Assembly: GCA_030646955.1 (NCBI GenBank)
Contig: JAUSKM010000033.1
Coordinates: 1-62,614 of the forward strand
Length of the DNA: 62,614 nucleotides
DNA from: a bacterium
GTDB taxonomy: Bacteria; Patescibacteriota; Patescibacteriia; JACPHY01
Direction of reading: 5' to 3'
In this document: piece after piece, positions 1-10,225 of the stretch
Layout: each line of letters starts with the position of its first letter
Position numbering within the stretch: position 1 is the stretch's first letter
Program-made: the position numbers and the translations under genes
Notes under the pieces: generated by a model
The model's database searches: none
What the model was told of the DNA's origin: nothing
What the model saw: the letters and a program-made list of their open reading frames with translations, nothing else

Positions 1-1056
1 GAGCGGGCGCTGACGGCGGCGCTCCTCATTATCGTGTACTTCGGCATCGTGCAGACGGCGTGGTACATTGCATTCGGCGTTCCGTTGATAGGGCGCGTCC
101 TCTGGGAGCGGCCACTGGACCTCGGATTTGTCACGATCGCCGGCATTCCATTCTATCGCCTGCATTCGTTGGCCGGGGAGCCGCGCGATCTCGGAGCGTT
201 CCTCGTTGGCGCGATCCCGTTCTACCTGTATATACGGACAGCAGCGCAGCGGTGGACGGTATTTCTTAATGCTGCGGCGATGGTCGCGATATTTTTTTTG
301 ACGATGTCTACGACCGCGTACCTCGTCGGCGCCGTCACCATCGGCATCATTATTCTCGATACGCTCGTTCGTAAGCGGAGGCCAATCCGTCCTCGGCATA
401 TCGCGTACGGGTGCGCGACCATTGCCGTGGTCAGTGCGCTGATATACGGCCAGGTGGCGCAACTCCTGATGGTACGAACGTTCGCCATGGTTGGTGCCAT
501 CCAGGCACAGATCGCACTCCGTGAGATTCAGCCCATCGCAGCAGAGCAGGCAACGAATGTGGTCGCGCTGTACTACCTTCGTTCGCTTGTCGAAATGCCA
601 CTGCATATTGTGTTCTTTGGTGGTGGATACAGCAACTTCATAACGCCGACGGCGGGATTGATGCAGCGATACTTTGGACGCTCATTTGCAGCAGGAGACA
701 TCCCCACCGCTGACGCATTTGCGGTGAAGTTGCTCATCGAGGGCGGTTTGGTAGGCATCGGCCTCTATGTGGTACTGTTCATTACGATGCTGCGATGCAA
801 TGGGAGGCTTCTCGCACACTTTCGGGTCATTGGCGACCGTGAAGGCTATCGTCGAGCGGTGTTCCTCCGGTACGCATATATCGGGTTTTTCGTCGCGGGT
901 TCCTTGCAGACCTCCTACTTCGTTTTCATCGTCATGGGACTCATGATCGGTTGGGCAAATGAGGTGCTCCACGGCACGAAGCCGCATGGCGATCGGCACA
1001 CCATGGGGCTCCCCGCGCCTCCATTGCATGACTATGCTCCTGTTTCAGCGCGGTAA
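1..1056 (+). CDS. Polytopic membrane protein, O-antigen polymerase/ligase (Wzy/WaaL)-like; 5' end probably lies outside the window
   Basis: The frame is open from nt 1 with no upstream stop (track ORF 34..1056 starts at GTG). It has many hydrophobic segments plus one large loop, and it sits in a polysaccharide locus. The family assignment comes from topology and context only. Confidence 0.5.
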   Translation, partial: ERALTAALLIIVYFGIVQTAWYIAFGVPLIGRVLWERPLDLGFVTIAGIPFYRLHSLAGEPRDLGAFLVGAIPFYLYIRTAAQRWTVFLNAAAMVAIFFLTMSTTAYLVGAVTIGIIILDTLVRKRRPIRPRHIAYGCATIAVVSALIYGQVAQLLMVRTFAMVGAIQAQIALREIQPIAAEQATNVVALYYLRSLVEMPLHIVFFGGGYSNFITPTAGLMQRYFGRSFAAGDIPTADAFAVKLLIEGGLVGIGLYVVLFITMLRCNGRLLAHFRVIGDREGYRRAVFLRYAYIGFFVAGSLQTSYFVFIVMGLMIGWANEVLHGTKPHGDRHTMGLPAPPLHDYAPVSAR

Positions 1057-1879
1057 ATCGGCCGTGCGTCGGCTCCTCCTGCACTCACGCCTCGCATGGC
1101 TCTACGGCATGTGCGGTACGGTGTATGTTTCTTTGCGACAGCGGAAGGTTATCCGCATATATTCGAAACAAGGAATTTGGGTGCATCGTTTTCGGGACGG
1201 TGCGCTCACCGATCGGCACGTGAATCATCGTCTTTCCCTCCAACGGTACCTCCACGACGCGCGGGACTACTGGTCGTGGGTGTACACCCCACGCCACGGT
1301 GACATCGTGGTGGATATCGGTGCAGGAAAGGGAGAGGACGTACCGTACTTTGCGTGTGCAGTCGGACCGAGCGGTCGGGTACTCGCAGTAGAGGCGCATC
1401 CCGCAACATTTCAATGCGCCGCGGTGCTCTGCCGCGAAAATGGCTGGACGCACGTCACGCCGATCCACGCCGCGGTGTGCGATCGTACGGGGGATGTCAT
1501 CATAGACAATCCCGCGTCCGACATCATGAGTCGTCTCACGGCGTCCAACGATGGATTGCGCATCCCGGGATACACCCTTGATCGTCTCCTCGAGAACCAT
1601 GCAATCAAGAGAATCGATTTTCTCAAGATGAACATTGAGGGCGCGGAGCGCGACGCGCTGCGTGGAATGGAGCAGTGCCTTCCCAACATCCGTCGCCTCT
1701 GTATCTCCTGCCATGATTTTCTCGCAGATCGTCCGCATGGATCCGATGCGCTCCGCACGAAGTACGAGGTGAGCACATTCCTCCGCGATCGTGGATTTCG
1801 TATTGTATCGCGTGATGCCGATCCGCGGCCGTACATTCGTGATCAGGTCAACGCCATCAATGAGCGGTTCGACTCCTAG
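1028..1879 (+). CDS. FkbM-family SAM-dependent methyltransferase
   Basis: Track ORF 959..1879. The motif VVDIGAGKGEDVPYF...VLAVEAHPATF...IDFLKMNIEGAE is typical of the FkbM family. I moved the start to an internal Met (1028 or 1034) to limit overlap with the upstream gene; the start is uncertain. Confidence 0.7.
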   Translation: MTMLLFQRGKSAVRRLLLHSRLAWLYGMCGTVYVSLRQRKVIRIYSKQGIWVHRFRDGALTDRHVNHRLSLQRYLHDARDYWSWVYTPRHGDIVVDIGAGKGEDVPYFACAVGPSGRVLAVEAHPATFQCAAVLCRENGWTHVTPIHAAVCDRTGDVIIDNPASDIMSRLTASNDGLRIPGYTLDRLLENHAIKRIDFLKMNIEGAERDALRGMEQCLPNIRRLCISCHDFLADRPHGSDALRTKYEVSTFLRDRGFRIVSRDADPRPYIRDQVNAINERFDS

Positions 1880-2044
1880 AGCAGTATGCGGCATCGTGGA
1901 CGGTCAGTGCGCGCTCTGCGCATCATGGTGTTTCGGCCTTGGTTTCCCGCGGTTGCGGCGTTTGTCGCCGCATGGGCGCATCTGTGTCAGGGCGTCGATC
2001 GTATACTCGGGATACCGCAACGAACAACGCTCCATCTTCAGCAC

Positions 2045-2899
2045 ATGAACGGTTGGTCTATTGGTATTTACGCGGGAGCAACTCCGGTGACGCTCGCACC
2101 ACATCCAATGGTACGGAATCCGGTGCTGACCGTCCGGGATGTGCGCGACGTTCGCGCGGCATTTGTTGCTGATCCCTTCATGGTGCAGCACGAAGGTGCG
2201 TGGGTTCTTTTTTTCGAGGTTTTCAACGAGGCCGTGCGGCGCGGGGAGATTGCATACGCAACGAGTCGCGATGGTGTGCAGTGGCAGTATCAGCATGTGA
2301 TACTTCGAGAGTCATTCCACTTGTCCTATCCGTACGTCTTCTGGTGGAATGATGCGTTCTACATGGTTCCGGAAACCGCTGCTGCAGGTGAGGTTCGACT
2401 CTACCGTGCGCGGCGCTTTCCGGATATGTGGAGCGTCGTCGCGACGCTCCTTCCGTACGGCTACGTTGATAGTTCACTGGTGCAGCATGACGGGCGCTGG
2501 TGGATGTTCACTGCTGAAGCTGCGCGGAAAGATACACTGCGCCTCTACCATGCCCCTGCACCCATCGGTCCGTGGCAGGAGCATCCTGCGAGTCCTATCG
2601 TGCAGGGTGACCCGGGCCGCGCGCGTCCTGCAGGACGTGCCATCGTTCACGATGGGCGCATCCTACGCTTTGCACAGGATGCGAGCGAGCGGTACGGGAG
2701 GTGCGTCCGCACATTCGCGGTGACGACGCTCACCGCATCCTCGTACGAGGAGGTTGAACTCGGTGTGATCGCGGCCGCGAGTGGTAAGGGGTGGAACCGG
2801 AGAGGTATGCACACGGTAGATGTCCATGAGCAGCGCCCCGGGCAGTGGATTGCAGCGGTGGACGGTTTTGCGCGTGACTACCTTTTTATTTCCTACTGA
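2045..2899 (+). CDS. Beta-propeller glycoside-hydrolase-like protein of unknown function, of a kind common in polysaccharide loci
   Basis: Track ORF 1886..2899. The sequence from MNGWSIGIYAG...FVADPFMV...WVLFFE...SRDGVQW...YPYVF...FYMVPE resembles GH43/GH32-like propeller blades. The start could be 1886 or 2045. Confidence 0.4.
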   Translation: MNGWSIGIYAGATPVTLAPHPMVRNPVLTVRDVRDVRAAFVADPFMVQHEGAWVLFFEVFNEAVRRGEIAYATSRDGVQWQYQHVILRESFHLSYPYVFWWNDAFYMVPETAAAGEVRLYRARRFPDMWSVVATLLPYGYVDSSLVQHDGRWWMFTAEAARKDTLRLYHAPAPIGPWQEHPASPIVQGDPGRARPAGRAIVHDGRILRFAQDASERYGRCVRTFAVTTLTASSYEEVELGVIAAASGKGWNRRGMHTVDVHEQRPGQWIAAVDGFARDYLFISY

Positions 2900-2908
2900 G
2901 GACGATGT

Positions 2909-3661
2909 ATGCCGTGTATGGAGAGTCGACTTCGGGTGCTGGTGCGACGACACCCTGCCCTGCGGGTGTTTCTGCGGCGGTATTATCCGCCACGGAAGGC
3001 GTTGCGTCGCATCATGCGCCCGGCAATTCTGTGGCCACTGTTGCGGACCGTACGGCCAATCAGTGAGAAATACGGTATTGATCGCGGCGTGCCGGTTGAT
3101 CGATATTACATTGACGCCTTCCTTGCGGCGAACGCACATCACATCCGTGGTGTATGTTTGGAGGTAAAAGATGGCACCTATACGCAGCGGTACGGCGGTG
3201 ACATGGTTGATCGCGTTGACATTGTTGATAGTGACCGGAGCAACCCGCGCGCAACGATCTATGACGACCTCCGGCATCCTACGGTCCTTCGTGATGGGAT
3301 ATACGATTGCATCATCCTGACGCAGGTGCTCCAGTTCATTGATGATGTTGATGTCGCGCTGCGGGCGAGTGCGCGCCTCTTGAAACCGGGCGGGACGATG
3401 CTCGTCACGCTACCAGCACTGAGTCGCATCGATCTTGGTGGCGGGGTGGCTGGAGATTTTTGGAGATTTACCGTCGCGGGCGCTCGACAGCTCTTCGGGC
3501 GCCATTTCACCGTTGACCGCCTCGAGATCCGTTCATGGGGGAATGTCCTCGCGGGCGCTGCATTCTGGGTGGGATGCGCGCAGGAGGATTGCTCGCGTGC
3601 GAATCTTGATTACCAGGATGACCAATTTCCGGTCATCATTTCTGTCGTGGCGCGCGCGTGA
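2909..3661 (+). CDS. Class I SAM-dependent methyltransferase
   Basis: YDCIILTQVLQFIDDVDVALRASARLLKPGGTMLVTLP matches the Methyltransf_11/23 pattern. The stop overlaps the next gene's start. Confidence 0.7.
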   Translation: MPCMESRLRVLVRRHPALRVFLRRYYPPRKALRRIMRPAILWPLLRTVRPISEKYGIDRGVPVDRYYIDAFLAANAHHIRGVCLEVKDGTYTQRYGGDMVDRVDIVDSDRSNPRATIYDDLRHPTVLRDGIYDCIILTQVLQFIDDVDVALRASARLLKPGGTMLVTLPALSRIDLGGGVAGDFWRFTVAGARQLFGRHFTVDRLEIRSWGNVLAGAAFWVGCAQEDCSRANLDYQDDQFPVIISVVARA

Positions 3662-4812
3662 CCGCACCACCGGGATATCCTATGCGTCTTGCGATCGTGA
3701 ATTGGACGGGCGGCGGCATGAGTGGCGGGTATCGCGCGTACCTCCATAACGTGTTACCGCGTCTTGCAACACACTCCGAGGTCGAGTATGTGCACTGCAT
3801 GGGACCTGCAACACTCGAACTCCCCGCACTGTTCAGCGACGAGTCGCTTCCGCGCGTCAGTTTTTCGTCGTGCCACCCCTTTCGTATCATTGGACCACGG
3901 TCGAGCCGTTCGCTCACCGCGCAGCTGCAAACATTTCGTCCGGATGTTGTCTTCGTTCCTGTTGAGCGGTGCCTGACGTACCCCGACGCGCCAGTGGTTT
4001 CGATGGTGCAGAATATGGGACCGTTGATCCCGACGCGCTGGAAGAATCCTTGGAGCGAGCGTGTCCGGTATGTTGGTCAGCGCATGGAGGCGCGACGTGC
4101 GGTACGCGCCGCAGCGCACGTCATCGCGCCGACCGCATTCGTTAAAGAATTTCTCGTGCGCGCGTGGGACATCCCGGACCATCGCGTGAGCGTCTTGCAT
4201 TACGGCGCAGCGCTCCCGGTTCACGGCGGCGTGCAGCGGCCACTCACCATTCCTGAGGCATGGCGCAACTCCTTTGTCTTTACCGCGGGGTCTATCGAAC
4301 CGTACCGTGGCCTGGAGGATGCCCTCGGTTCGGTCGCGCTGCTGCGCGAGCAAGGGATACCGACGCGTCTTGTCATCGCAGGGAGTACGCGCGAGAATAT
4401 GCGTTCCTATGAGCGACGACTGCGGCGGTGGGTTGAACGCCGCGGACTCACGGAGTGTGTCCGGTGGGTTGGGCACCTCTCGACGCAGGAAATGGCATGG
4501 TGCTACACGTCATGCAGCATATTTATCATGACAAGCCGCGTGGAAACCTTCGCCATCATCGGCGCGGAAGCACTCGTCTATGGGTGTGTGTGCGTCGTCG
4601 CGGAGAACCCGCCATTCCCGGAGGTATTTGATGGTGCGGCGACGTATTACACTCCGGGGAACAGCGCATCGCTCGTTGCGGCCATTCGGGCCGTGATGCG
4701 ATGGAGTCCTGCCGAGCGCATGCAGGCATCTGAGCGCGCGAAGCAGCGTGCAGCGTCGTTTTCTTGGGATACACACGTTCAGCGGCTCGTTCGTTGCTTC
4801 GCGATGCTTTGA
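3658..4812 (+). CDS. GT4-family (GT-B) glycosyltransferase
   Basis: The C-terminal half has the Glycos_transf_1 pattern (FVFTAGSIEPYRGLEDAL...RLVIAGS...WVGHLSTQEM...SIFIMTSRVETFAIIGAEALVYG). There is a 4-nt overlap with the upstream gene. Confidence 0.8.
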   Translation: MTAPPGYPMRLAIVNWTGGGMSGGYRAYLHNVLPRLATHSEVEYVHCMGPATLELPALFSDESLPRVSFSSCHPFRIIGPRSSRSLTAQLQTFRPDVVFVPVERCLTYPDAPVVSMVQNMGPLIPTRWKNPWSERVRYVGQRMEARRAVRAAAHVIAPTAFVKEFLVRAWDIPDHRVSVLHYGAALPVHGGVQRPLTIPEAWRNSFVFTAGSIEPYRGLEDALGSVALLREQGIPTRLVIAGSTRENMRSYERRLRRWVERRGLTECVRWVGHLSTQEMAWCYTSCSIFIMTSRVETFAIIGAEALVYGCVCVVAENPPFPEVFDGAATYYTPGNSASLVAAIRAVMRWSPAERMQASERAKQRAASFSWDTHVQRLVRCFAML

Positions 4813-5177
4813 TGACCAGTCCGGAGGTGCGCACGGTGCACGAGGAATGCACCGTAGGTCACGACATGCACTGCGATAATCGCGCCGAGGATGTGCATTG
4901 CGGTCATGCGCTCCGTGAGCTCTTCCGTGAGGAAGATGGCGAAGGTGTTTACGGCGGTGGAGAGCAGGATAGCCGCGATGATCCGTTCGGTGCGGGTGGG
5001 GAGTTGGAGGAACGCGTGGACGAGGAAGGTTCCCGGGAGCACGAAGATGAATGGGGCGCTCACCATGAGGCGTAGCACGAGAATCAACGGGAGCCACAGA
5101 GCGAGGAGTGCAGAGATGATCGCGAGCAACGCGACGCCGATGCCGATGGTCGCAGTGGTGGTGCGCGGAGATGTCAT
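4779..5177 (-). CDS. Small 4-TM membrane protein, unknown function
   Basis: Track ORF 4779..5270. I chose the internal Met at 5177, just downstream of the stop of the 5185..6945 gene. Four clear hydrophobic helices are present. Confidence 0.45.
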   Translation of the reverse strand: MTSPRTTTATIGIGVALLAIISALLALWLPLILVLRLMVSAPFIFVLPGTFLVHAFLQLPTRTERIIAAILLSTAVNTFAIFLTEELTERMTAMHILGAIIAVHVVTYGAFLVHRAHLRTGHQSIAKQRTSR

Positions 5178-5184
5178 AGTGGTA

Positions 5185-6945
5185 CTAGGGAGCGTACGCA
5201 TCAGGAATGCCGCCTCCCCACAGGTCTGCGTATTGGCTGTACTTCCAGATATGCGGGCTGAACTGCACAATGTACGGACTCGTTTCGAGGAATGTGATCA
5301 TGGGGGATCCTGTGGCCTGCTCGAGGACGTGCCTGCCGACGAAGATGTAGATTGTGCTGTCCCCGTACATGCGCAGGAGATCGAGGCGCTTCGCGTCATC
5401 TTTCGTCGTCCAGAAGGTGGTCCACTGCGGGAGGTCCCAGAGATCCCACCGGAGCCACCCCGGTGCGATGGTGCGGTCGAACCCCGTGTATGCGTACGCC
5501 CATGGGGTGTAGAGTGAGGAGGTTACCATGACGTAGTTGTGCTCGCCGTCGCGGATGTGATGCTCCGGATCGTTCCGTGGGTGCAGTTGTGCGAGTTCCG
5601 CGGCCTCGTCGGCGTAGAGCTGTGGTTTCTGGTTCCAGACGATGAAGGCGAGCGAGAATGTCATGCCGAAGAGGAGGAGGCCGATCGTGACGCGCTCGAT
5701 TTTTCCGCGGCTGCCGTACTGCTCCATGAACCACGCGAGCGACGGCGCGGCGAGGACGAGGAGGAGGACATCGAAGAGGATGAGCGAGCGGTGTTGGTGG
5801 AGGAACGGGAAGCTCACGAGGAGGAAGAGCACCGCGAACGCCGTGATGAGGAGGTCGGGTGGAGACATGGCGCGGCGTCCGTTCCGCCAGATCGGGAGCA
5901 TGCGTACGCCACGGAGGAGGCCGATGAACGCGAACGGCAGGTAATAGAGCGCAGCGATCCGCGCTACGGCGAACGGGAGGAAAAGTCCCTTGAATCGGTC
6001 GATTTCCCAGGACTGTGCGGCTGTAGCAAACCCGCGGTATTGTAGGAGTACCTCGATGTATCCTTTGATCTCATCTGGGCTGCGTATGAGCACGACGGCG
6101 ACAAGCGCGACGATGCCGCTTACGGCGAGGAGGAGCACATCGCGCGGGATGCGCTGTCGGCGCACGATGGGAGTCACGATTGCGAGGAGTACATAGAGTG
6201 CGAATCCGCCGGCGAGCGGGATGGCGGTCGGGAGGTGGATAGATGTTGCGAAGACGGCGATGGGCAGTGCGAGCCACGAGCGGCGGAAGAAGAGCGCGAG
6301 TGCGAAAAGGAAGAATGGGAGCGCTTGGGATTGCTTGTAGAAGATCCACCAGAATGCGCTAAACTGGATGGTCGAGACGGCGAAGAGGAAGACACTGCAC
6401 GCGGCGACGCGGTGGGCGATACGCCGCGGAACGATGGTGGCGAGCAGGAGGTACAGCGCGCCGGCCGTGAGAAGCTGGTGGACGAGGTGGAGGAGGGTGA
6501 TCGTTTCGATGGCGCCGAGTCCGAGCGCGGCGAGCGGGAACCATGTCGCGTATGCGAGGTGTGAGCCAACCGCCGTACCGATGGTCTGTGCCGGGACGAT
6601 GAGGTTGAAGTACTCCCAGTAGAATCCGGTATCGTAGCCGAGTGGCGTCGCTCCGTAGCGGAGGAAGGGGACGATGCGTGATCCGAGGAGGAGGAGCAGC
6701 CCAAGGATGGCGAGCGCGGTGTACCACCATTCGGGTGTGCGCGTCGGGTGTCCCTTGGTGCGGAGGAGCGGGACGCGCGGCGGGACGAGGACGAAGAAGA
6801 GAAACGATGCGTAGAATAGGAACGCGATGAGCTCGCGAGCTGCGAGGAGTTGGACCGTTGCCGCCACGAGCACCGTGAGGTAGCTCAGGAAGAGCACCAC
6901 GAAGCGAATGGTGGGGGGGGTGAGGTGGCGAAGGATGGAATTCAC
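5185..6945 (-). CDS. Large polytopic membrane protein with a soluble C-terminal domain, GT-C-like (ArnT/PMT/oligosaccharyl-transferase architecture; speculative)
   Basis: 586 aa with at least 12 hydrophobic segments followed by a Trp/Tyr-rich soluble tail of about 130 aa. It lies in the polysaccharide locus. I cannot name a family motif. Confidence 0.45.
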   Translation of the reverse strand: MNSILRHLTPPTIRFVVLFLSYLTVLVAATVQLLAARELIAFLFYASFLFFVLVPPRVPLLRTKGHPTRTPEWWYTALAILGLLLLLGSRIVPFLRYGATPLGYDTGFYWEYFNLIVPAQTIGTAVGSHLAYATWFPLAALGLGAIETITLLHLVHQLLTAGALYLLLATIVPRRIAHRVAACSVFLFAVSTIQFSAFWWIFYKQSQALPFFLFALALFFRRSWLALPIAVFATSIHLPTAIPLAGGFALYVLLAIVTPIVRRQRIPRDVLLLAVSGIVALVAVVLIRSPDEIKGYIEVLLQYRGFATAAQSWEIDRFKGLFLPFAVARIAALYYLPFAFIGLLRGVRMLPIWRNGRRAMSPPDLLITAFAVLFLLVSFPFLHQHRSLILFDVLLLVLAAPSLAWFMEQYGSRGKIERVTIGLLLFGMTFSLAFIVWNQKPQLYADEAAELAQLHPRNDPEHHIRDGEHNYVMVTSSLYTPWAYAYTGFDRTIAPGWLRWDLWDLPQWTTFWTTKDDAKRLDLLRMYGDSTIYIFVGRHVLEQATGSPMITFLETSPYIVQFSPHIWKYSQYADLWGGGIPDAYAP

Positions 6946-7010
6946 AAGAAGCTTTGCTACGAGTTTCTGGATACCAGAGGCCGGACACCAGATGCGAGGA
7001 GTTTCGTGCT

Positions 7011-8243
7011 ATGCGTGTTCTCATTGTGTCACAATATTTCTGGCCTGAGGAGTTCCGCATCAATGATTGCGCGAGGGAACTCCAGCAGCGCGGCCACACG
7101 GTCGACGTGCTCACCGGCATCCCGAACTATCCGACCGGGCGTGTGTTCGACGGGTACCGGTGGTGGCAGTGTCGCCGTGAAACCTATGGGGGTGTGCGCG
7201 TGATCCGTGTCCCCTTGCTTCCGCGCGGACGGCGGCAGCCTTGGCGCCTTGTCGTGAACTACTGCTCGTTCGTGCTCGCGGGGAGTATCGGCGGCCCGTT
7301 TCATTGCCGCGGAAATTACGATGCCATCCTCGTCTACGAGCCCTCGCCGATCACCGTCTGCATTCCCGCCATTGCGATGCGGCGCATGAGCCGCGCCCCC
7401 ATTTTCCTCTGGGTCCAGGATCTCTGGCCCGAGAGTCTCGCTGCAACGGGTGCAGTGCGATCGAAACACCTCCTCGCGTTCGTCGAGCGGCTCACGCGGT
7501 GGATCTACCGTCGGTGCGATGTCATCCTCATCCAATCAAATGGATTTCGATCCCACACGCACCGGATGGGGAAGGGGGATGATGCCATTGTCTACCTTCC
7601 GAACTGGGCTGAAGACTGCTATCGGCCGATCGTCGTTCCCGATGATGCTCCCGAGCGGTTACTGGTCCCGCGCGATGCATTCGTGGTGCTCTTCGCGGGC
7701 AACATTGGCACCGCGCAGGGATTTGATATGATAGTCCATGCAGCCACGCTCCTTTGCGATGTGGCGGACGTACACTTTGTCATTCTCGGCGACGGGCGTG
7801 ATCGCGCCCGGATCGAGGCGGACGTGGTACAGCGGGGGTTGTCGGACCGCTTCCATTTTCTCGGGAGGCACCCGATGGAGGCCATGCCGCGTTTTTTTGC
7901 ACTCGCCGACGCGCTCCTCGTGACCCTGCGGCGCGATCCTATTTTCGCCTCCACGATCCCCGGAAAGGTGCAGTCGTACCTCGCGTGCGGACGTCCCATT
8001 ATCGCAGCGATCGATGGTGAAGGGAGTCGCATCGTGACCGAGGCAGGCGCCGGGATTGTATGTCCTGCCGAGGATGCACCGGCGCTCGCGAATGCCATCC
8101 GGCAGCTCCGTGCGCTACCACCCGCAGCGCGTGCGGCCATGGGCGCGTGCGGCCGCGCGTACGCCGAGCGCGAATTCGCCCGACCCGTCCTCATTGATCG
8201 TCTCGAGCAGGTACTCGGACAGCAACGGCACCCTGCGGCGTAA
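7011..8243 (+). CDS. WcaI-like GT4 glycosyltransferase
   Basis: The N-terminus MRVLIVSQYFWPEEFRINDCARELQQRGHTVDVLTGIPNYPTG is characteristic of WcaI-type enzymes. The C-terminal half is Glycos_transf_1-like. Start moved from 6954 to Met 7011. Confidence 0.8.
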   Translation: MRVLIVSQYFWPEEFRINDCARELQQRGHTVDVLTGIPNYPTGRVFDGYRWWQCRRETYGGVRVIRVPLLPRGRRQPWRLVVNYCSFVLAGSIGGPFHCRGNYDAILVYEPSPITVCIPAIAMRRMSRAPIFLWVQDLWPESLAATGAVRSKHLLAFVERLTRWIYRRCDVILIQSNGFRSHTHRMGKGDDAIVYLPNWAEDCYRPIVVPDDAPERLLVPRDAFVVLFAGNIGTAQGFDMIVHAATLLCDVADVHFVILGDGRDRARIEADVVQRGLSDRFHFLGRHPMEAMPRFFALADALLVTLRRDPIFASTIPGKVQSYLACGRPIIAAIDGEGSRIVTEAGAGIVCPAEDAPALANAIRQLRALPPAARAAMGACGRAYAEREFARPVLIDRLEQVLGQQRHPAA

Positions 8244-8247
8244 CCCT

Positions 8248-9171
8248 ATGCGTATTGCACTCACCGCACCTACCGGCATGCTCGGGAGCATGGTCTATCG
8301 TGAGCTCGCGGAGCACCATGATCTCGTCCTCGTTTACCAGGATGCGCGGAAGCTCCATGCGCTCGATGCTGCGTACGGTGGCGTTCAGCGTCATCGGGCG
8401 ATTGCGGCAGACCTTACGACACTCGCAGATGATTACCGTGCGGGTTTCTCCGGAGATTGTGCGGGGCCGCGCACGCAGGCGCTCCTCGATGCTATCGGTT
8501 CCGTGGACCTTTTCTTTCATTGCGCAGGCGTGACGAACCGTTACGCTGCCGAGCGTCCCCTCGAGACATTTTTTCTCAACAGCGCGCTCCCGCACCTTCT
8601 GAGTCGCATCTATCGCGAGCGGCTCGTGCACATCACCACGGATTGCGTCTACAGTGGCATTGCGGGTGCACCGTACGATGAGGACGCACTGAAAACACCA
8701 ACGGATTTCTACGGGCTCACGAAGTCGATCGGAGAACCGTCCGATATGTCGCTCGTGTTCCGTACGTCGTTCATCGGGCCGGAGATTTGTGACGGAGTTG
8801 CGCTCCTGTCGTGGTTTTTCGCACAAACAGACAAGACGATTCATGGGTATACGAATCACTGGTGGAATGGTATGACGACACTTGCGCTCGCGCGAATCTA
8901 CGCGCGCATCGCAGCGGACCGGAGCGCGTTTCCGGCAACCGGCCTTTTCCACCTCTTCGGGACGGATATCACGAAGCACGACCTCCTCGTTCAGTGTAAG
9001 GAGCGGTGGGGTGTCCGTGTGACCATCGAACCGAAGGAGGCGACACCGATTGACCGTCGCCTCGCGACGCAGTTTGACCTCTGCACGCAGCTCGCCATTC
9101 CGCCGCTCGACATGATGCTCGACGCTCTCGCTGCGTTCCCCATCATGCGGGAGCTCCCCACATATGCGTGA
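8248..9171 (+). CDS. NAD(P)-dependent sugar-nucleotide reductase/epimerase (RmlD-like; positional equivalent of FnlB/WbjC/CapF)
   Basis: The true start MRIALTAPTGMLGS lies 4 nt after the preceding stop. There is an SDR-like YGLTK motif. The gene sits next to FnlA- and FnlC-type genes. Confidence 0.6.
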   Translation: MRIALTAPTGMLGSMVYRELAEHHDLVLVYQDARKLHALDAAYGGVQRHRAIAADLTTLADDYRAGFSGDCAGPRTQALLDAIGSVDLFFHCAGVTNRYAAERPLETFFLNSALPHLLSRIYRERLVHITTDCVYSGIAGAPYDEDALKTPTDFYGLTKSIGEPSDMSLVFRTSFIGPEICDGVALLSWFFAQTDKTIHGYTNHWWNGMTTLALARIYARIAADRSAFPATGLFHLFGTDITKHDLLVQCKERWGVRVTIEPKEATPIDRRLATQFDLCTQLAIPPLDMMLDALAAFPIMRELPTYA

Positions 9172-10225
9172 CCCTGCAATCTCCGGCAAGACTATCCTCA
9201 TCACCGGCGGCACCGGCTCGTTCGGGAGTACGGTGACGCGCGTACTCCTCGCGAGCGAACCGGCGAAGGTCGTCATTTTCAGCCGGGACGAGAAGAAACA
9301 GTACGACATGCGGAACGCGTACCGCGATCCGCGCCTTGAGTTCCACATCGGCGACGTGCGCGATCCCGGGAGCGTCGATCGTGCCATGCACGGCGTTGAC
9401 CTCGTCTTCCACGCCGCCGCACTGAAGCAGGTGCCGACAGGGGAATTCTTCCCGATCGAGCTCGTGCGGACGAACATCCTCGGGAGTGCGAACGTCATGG
9501 AGGCAGCGATTGACCACGAGGCGTCCCGCGTCGTCATCCTGAGCACGGACAAAGCCGTCTACCCCATCAACGTCATGGGGATGACGAAGGCGCTCATGGA
9601 GAAGACAATGATTGCCAATGCGCGGCTCGCGCGGAACGGGACCGTGCTTTGCGGCGTGCGGTATGGGAATGTGATGTACTCGCGTGGGTCAGTCATTCCG
9701 CTGTTCGTAAACCAGGTAGCAGCCGGGCAGCCGCTCACCGTGACGAACCGGAAGATGACGCGCTTCATGATGCCGCTCTCCGATTGCGTCGAGCTCGTGC
9801 GATATGCGCTCGCGCATGGCGCGCAAGGAGACCTCTTCGTACGGAAGTCACCCGCGACGACCATCGAGACGGTTGCAGAGGCGGTTCAGACGATTTTTGC
9901 GCGCCCGGGGACCATCGAGGAGATCGGTGTGCGGGGAGGTGAGAAGATGCACGAGGTGCTCGTGTCCGCAGAGGAGCTCGCGCGCGCGGAAGATCGTGGG
10001 GCGTATTTCCGCATCCTCCCGGAGAGTCGGGACATCGACTACGAGCGCTACTTCACGAAAGGGAAGCTCCGCTTGATCGAGCGCGGGGGCTACGCGTCGG
10101 ACAGCACGGAACAGCTCTCGCTCGAGCAGACCGTTGCGCTCCTCCGCGCACTCCCGGAGCTCCAGCCAGCGCTCGCTGCCAACGCGGGAGCGCACCGCGC
10201 GAGCGTCGTCCTCGCGTATGCATGA
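9164..10225 (+). CDS. UDP-GlcNAc 4,6-dehydratase/5-epimerase, FnlA/WbjB/CapE type
   Basis: Diagnostic motifs are GKTILITGGTGSFG, FHIGDVRD, HAAALKQVP and STDKAVYPINVMGMTKALMEK. Length is about 350 aa. Confidence 0.85.
   Translation: MRDPAISGKTILITGGTGSFGSTVTRVLLASEPAKVVIFSRDEKKQYDMRNAYRDPRLEFHIGDVRDPGSVDRAMHGVDLVFHAAALKQVPTGEFFPIELVRTNILGSANVMEAAIDHEASRVVILSTDKAVYPINVMGMTKALMEKTMIANARLARNGTVLCGVRYGNVMYSRGSVIPLFVNQVAAGQPLTVTNRKMTRFMMPLSDCVELVRYALAHGAQGDLFVRKSPATTIETVAEAVQTIFARPGTIEEIGVRGGEKMHEVLVSAEELARAEDRGAYFRILPESRDIDYERYFTKGKLRLIERGGYASDSTEQLSLEQTVALLRALPELQPALAANAGAHRASVVLAYA

Noticed and set aside
4510-5097. 195-aa minus-strand ORF and the plus-strand ORFs 4764..5075 and 4891..5517 in the GT4 to small-membrane-protein junction
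   Set aside because: These frames are Pro/Arg/His-rich or Arg/Ser-rich. The 4-TM frame (4779..5177) is the only one with protein-like features.
8191-9552. 453-aa minus-strand ORF opposite the reductase and FnlA-type genes
   Set aside because: The plus-strand genes carry diagnostic SDR and CapE motifs. The minus product is Arg-rich noise.
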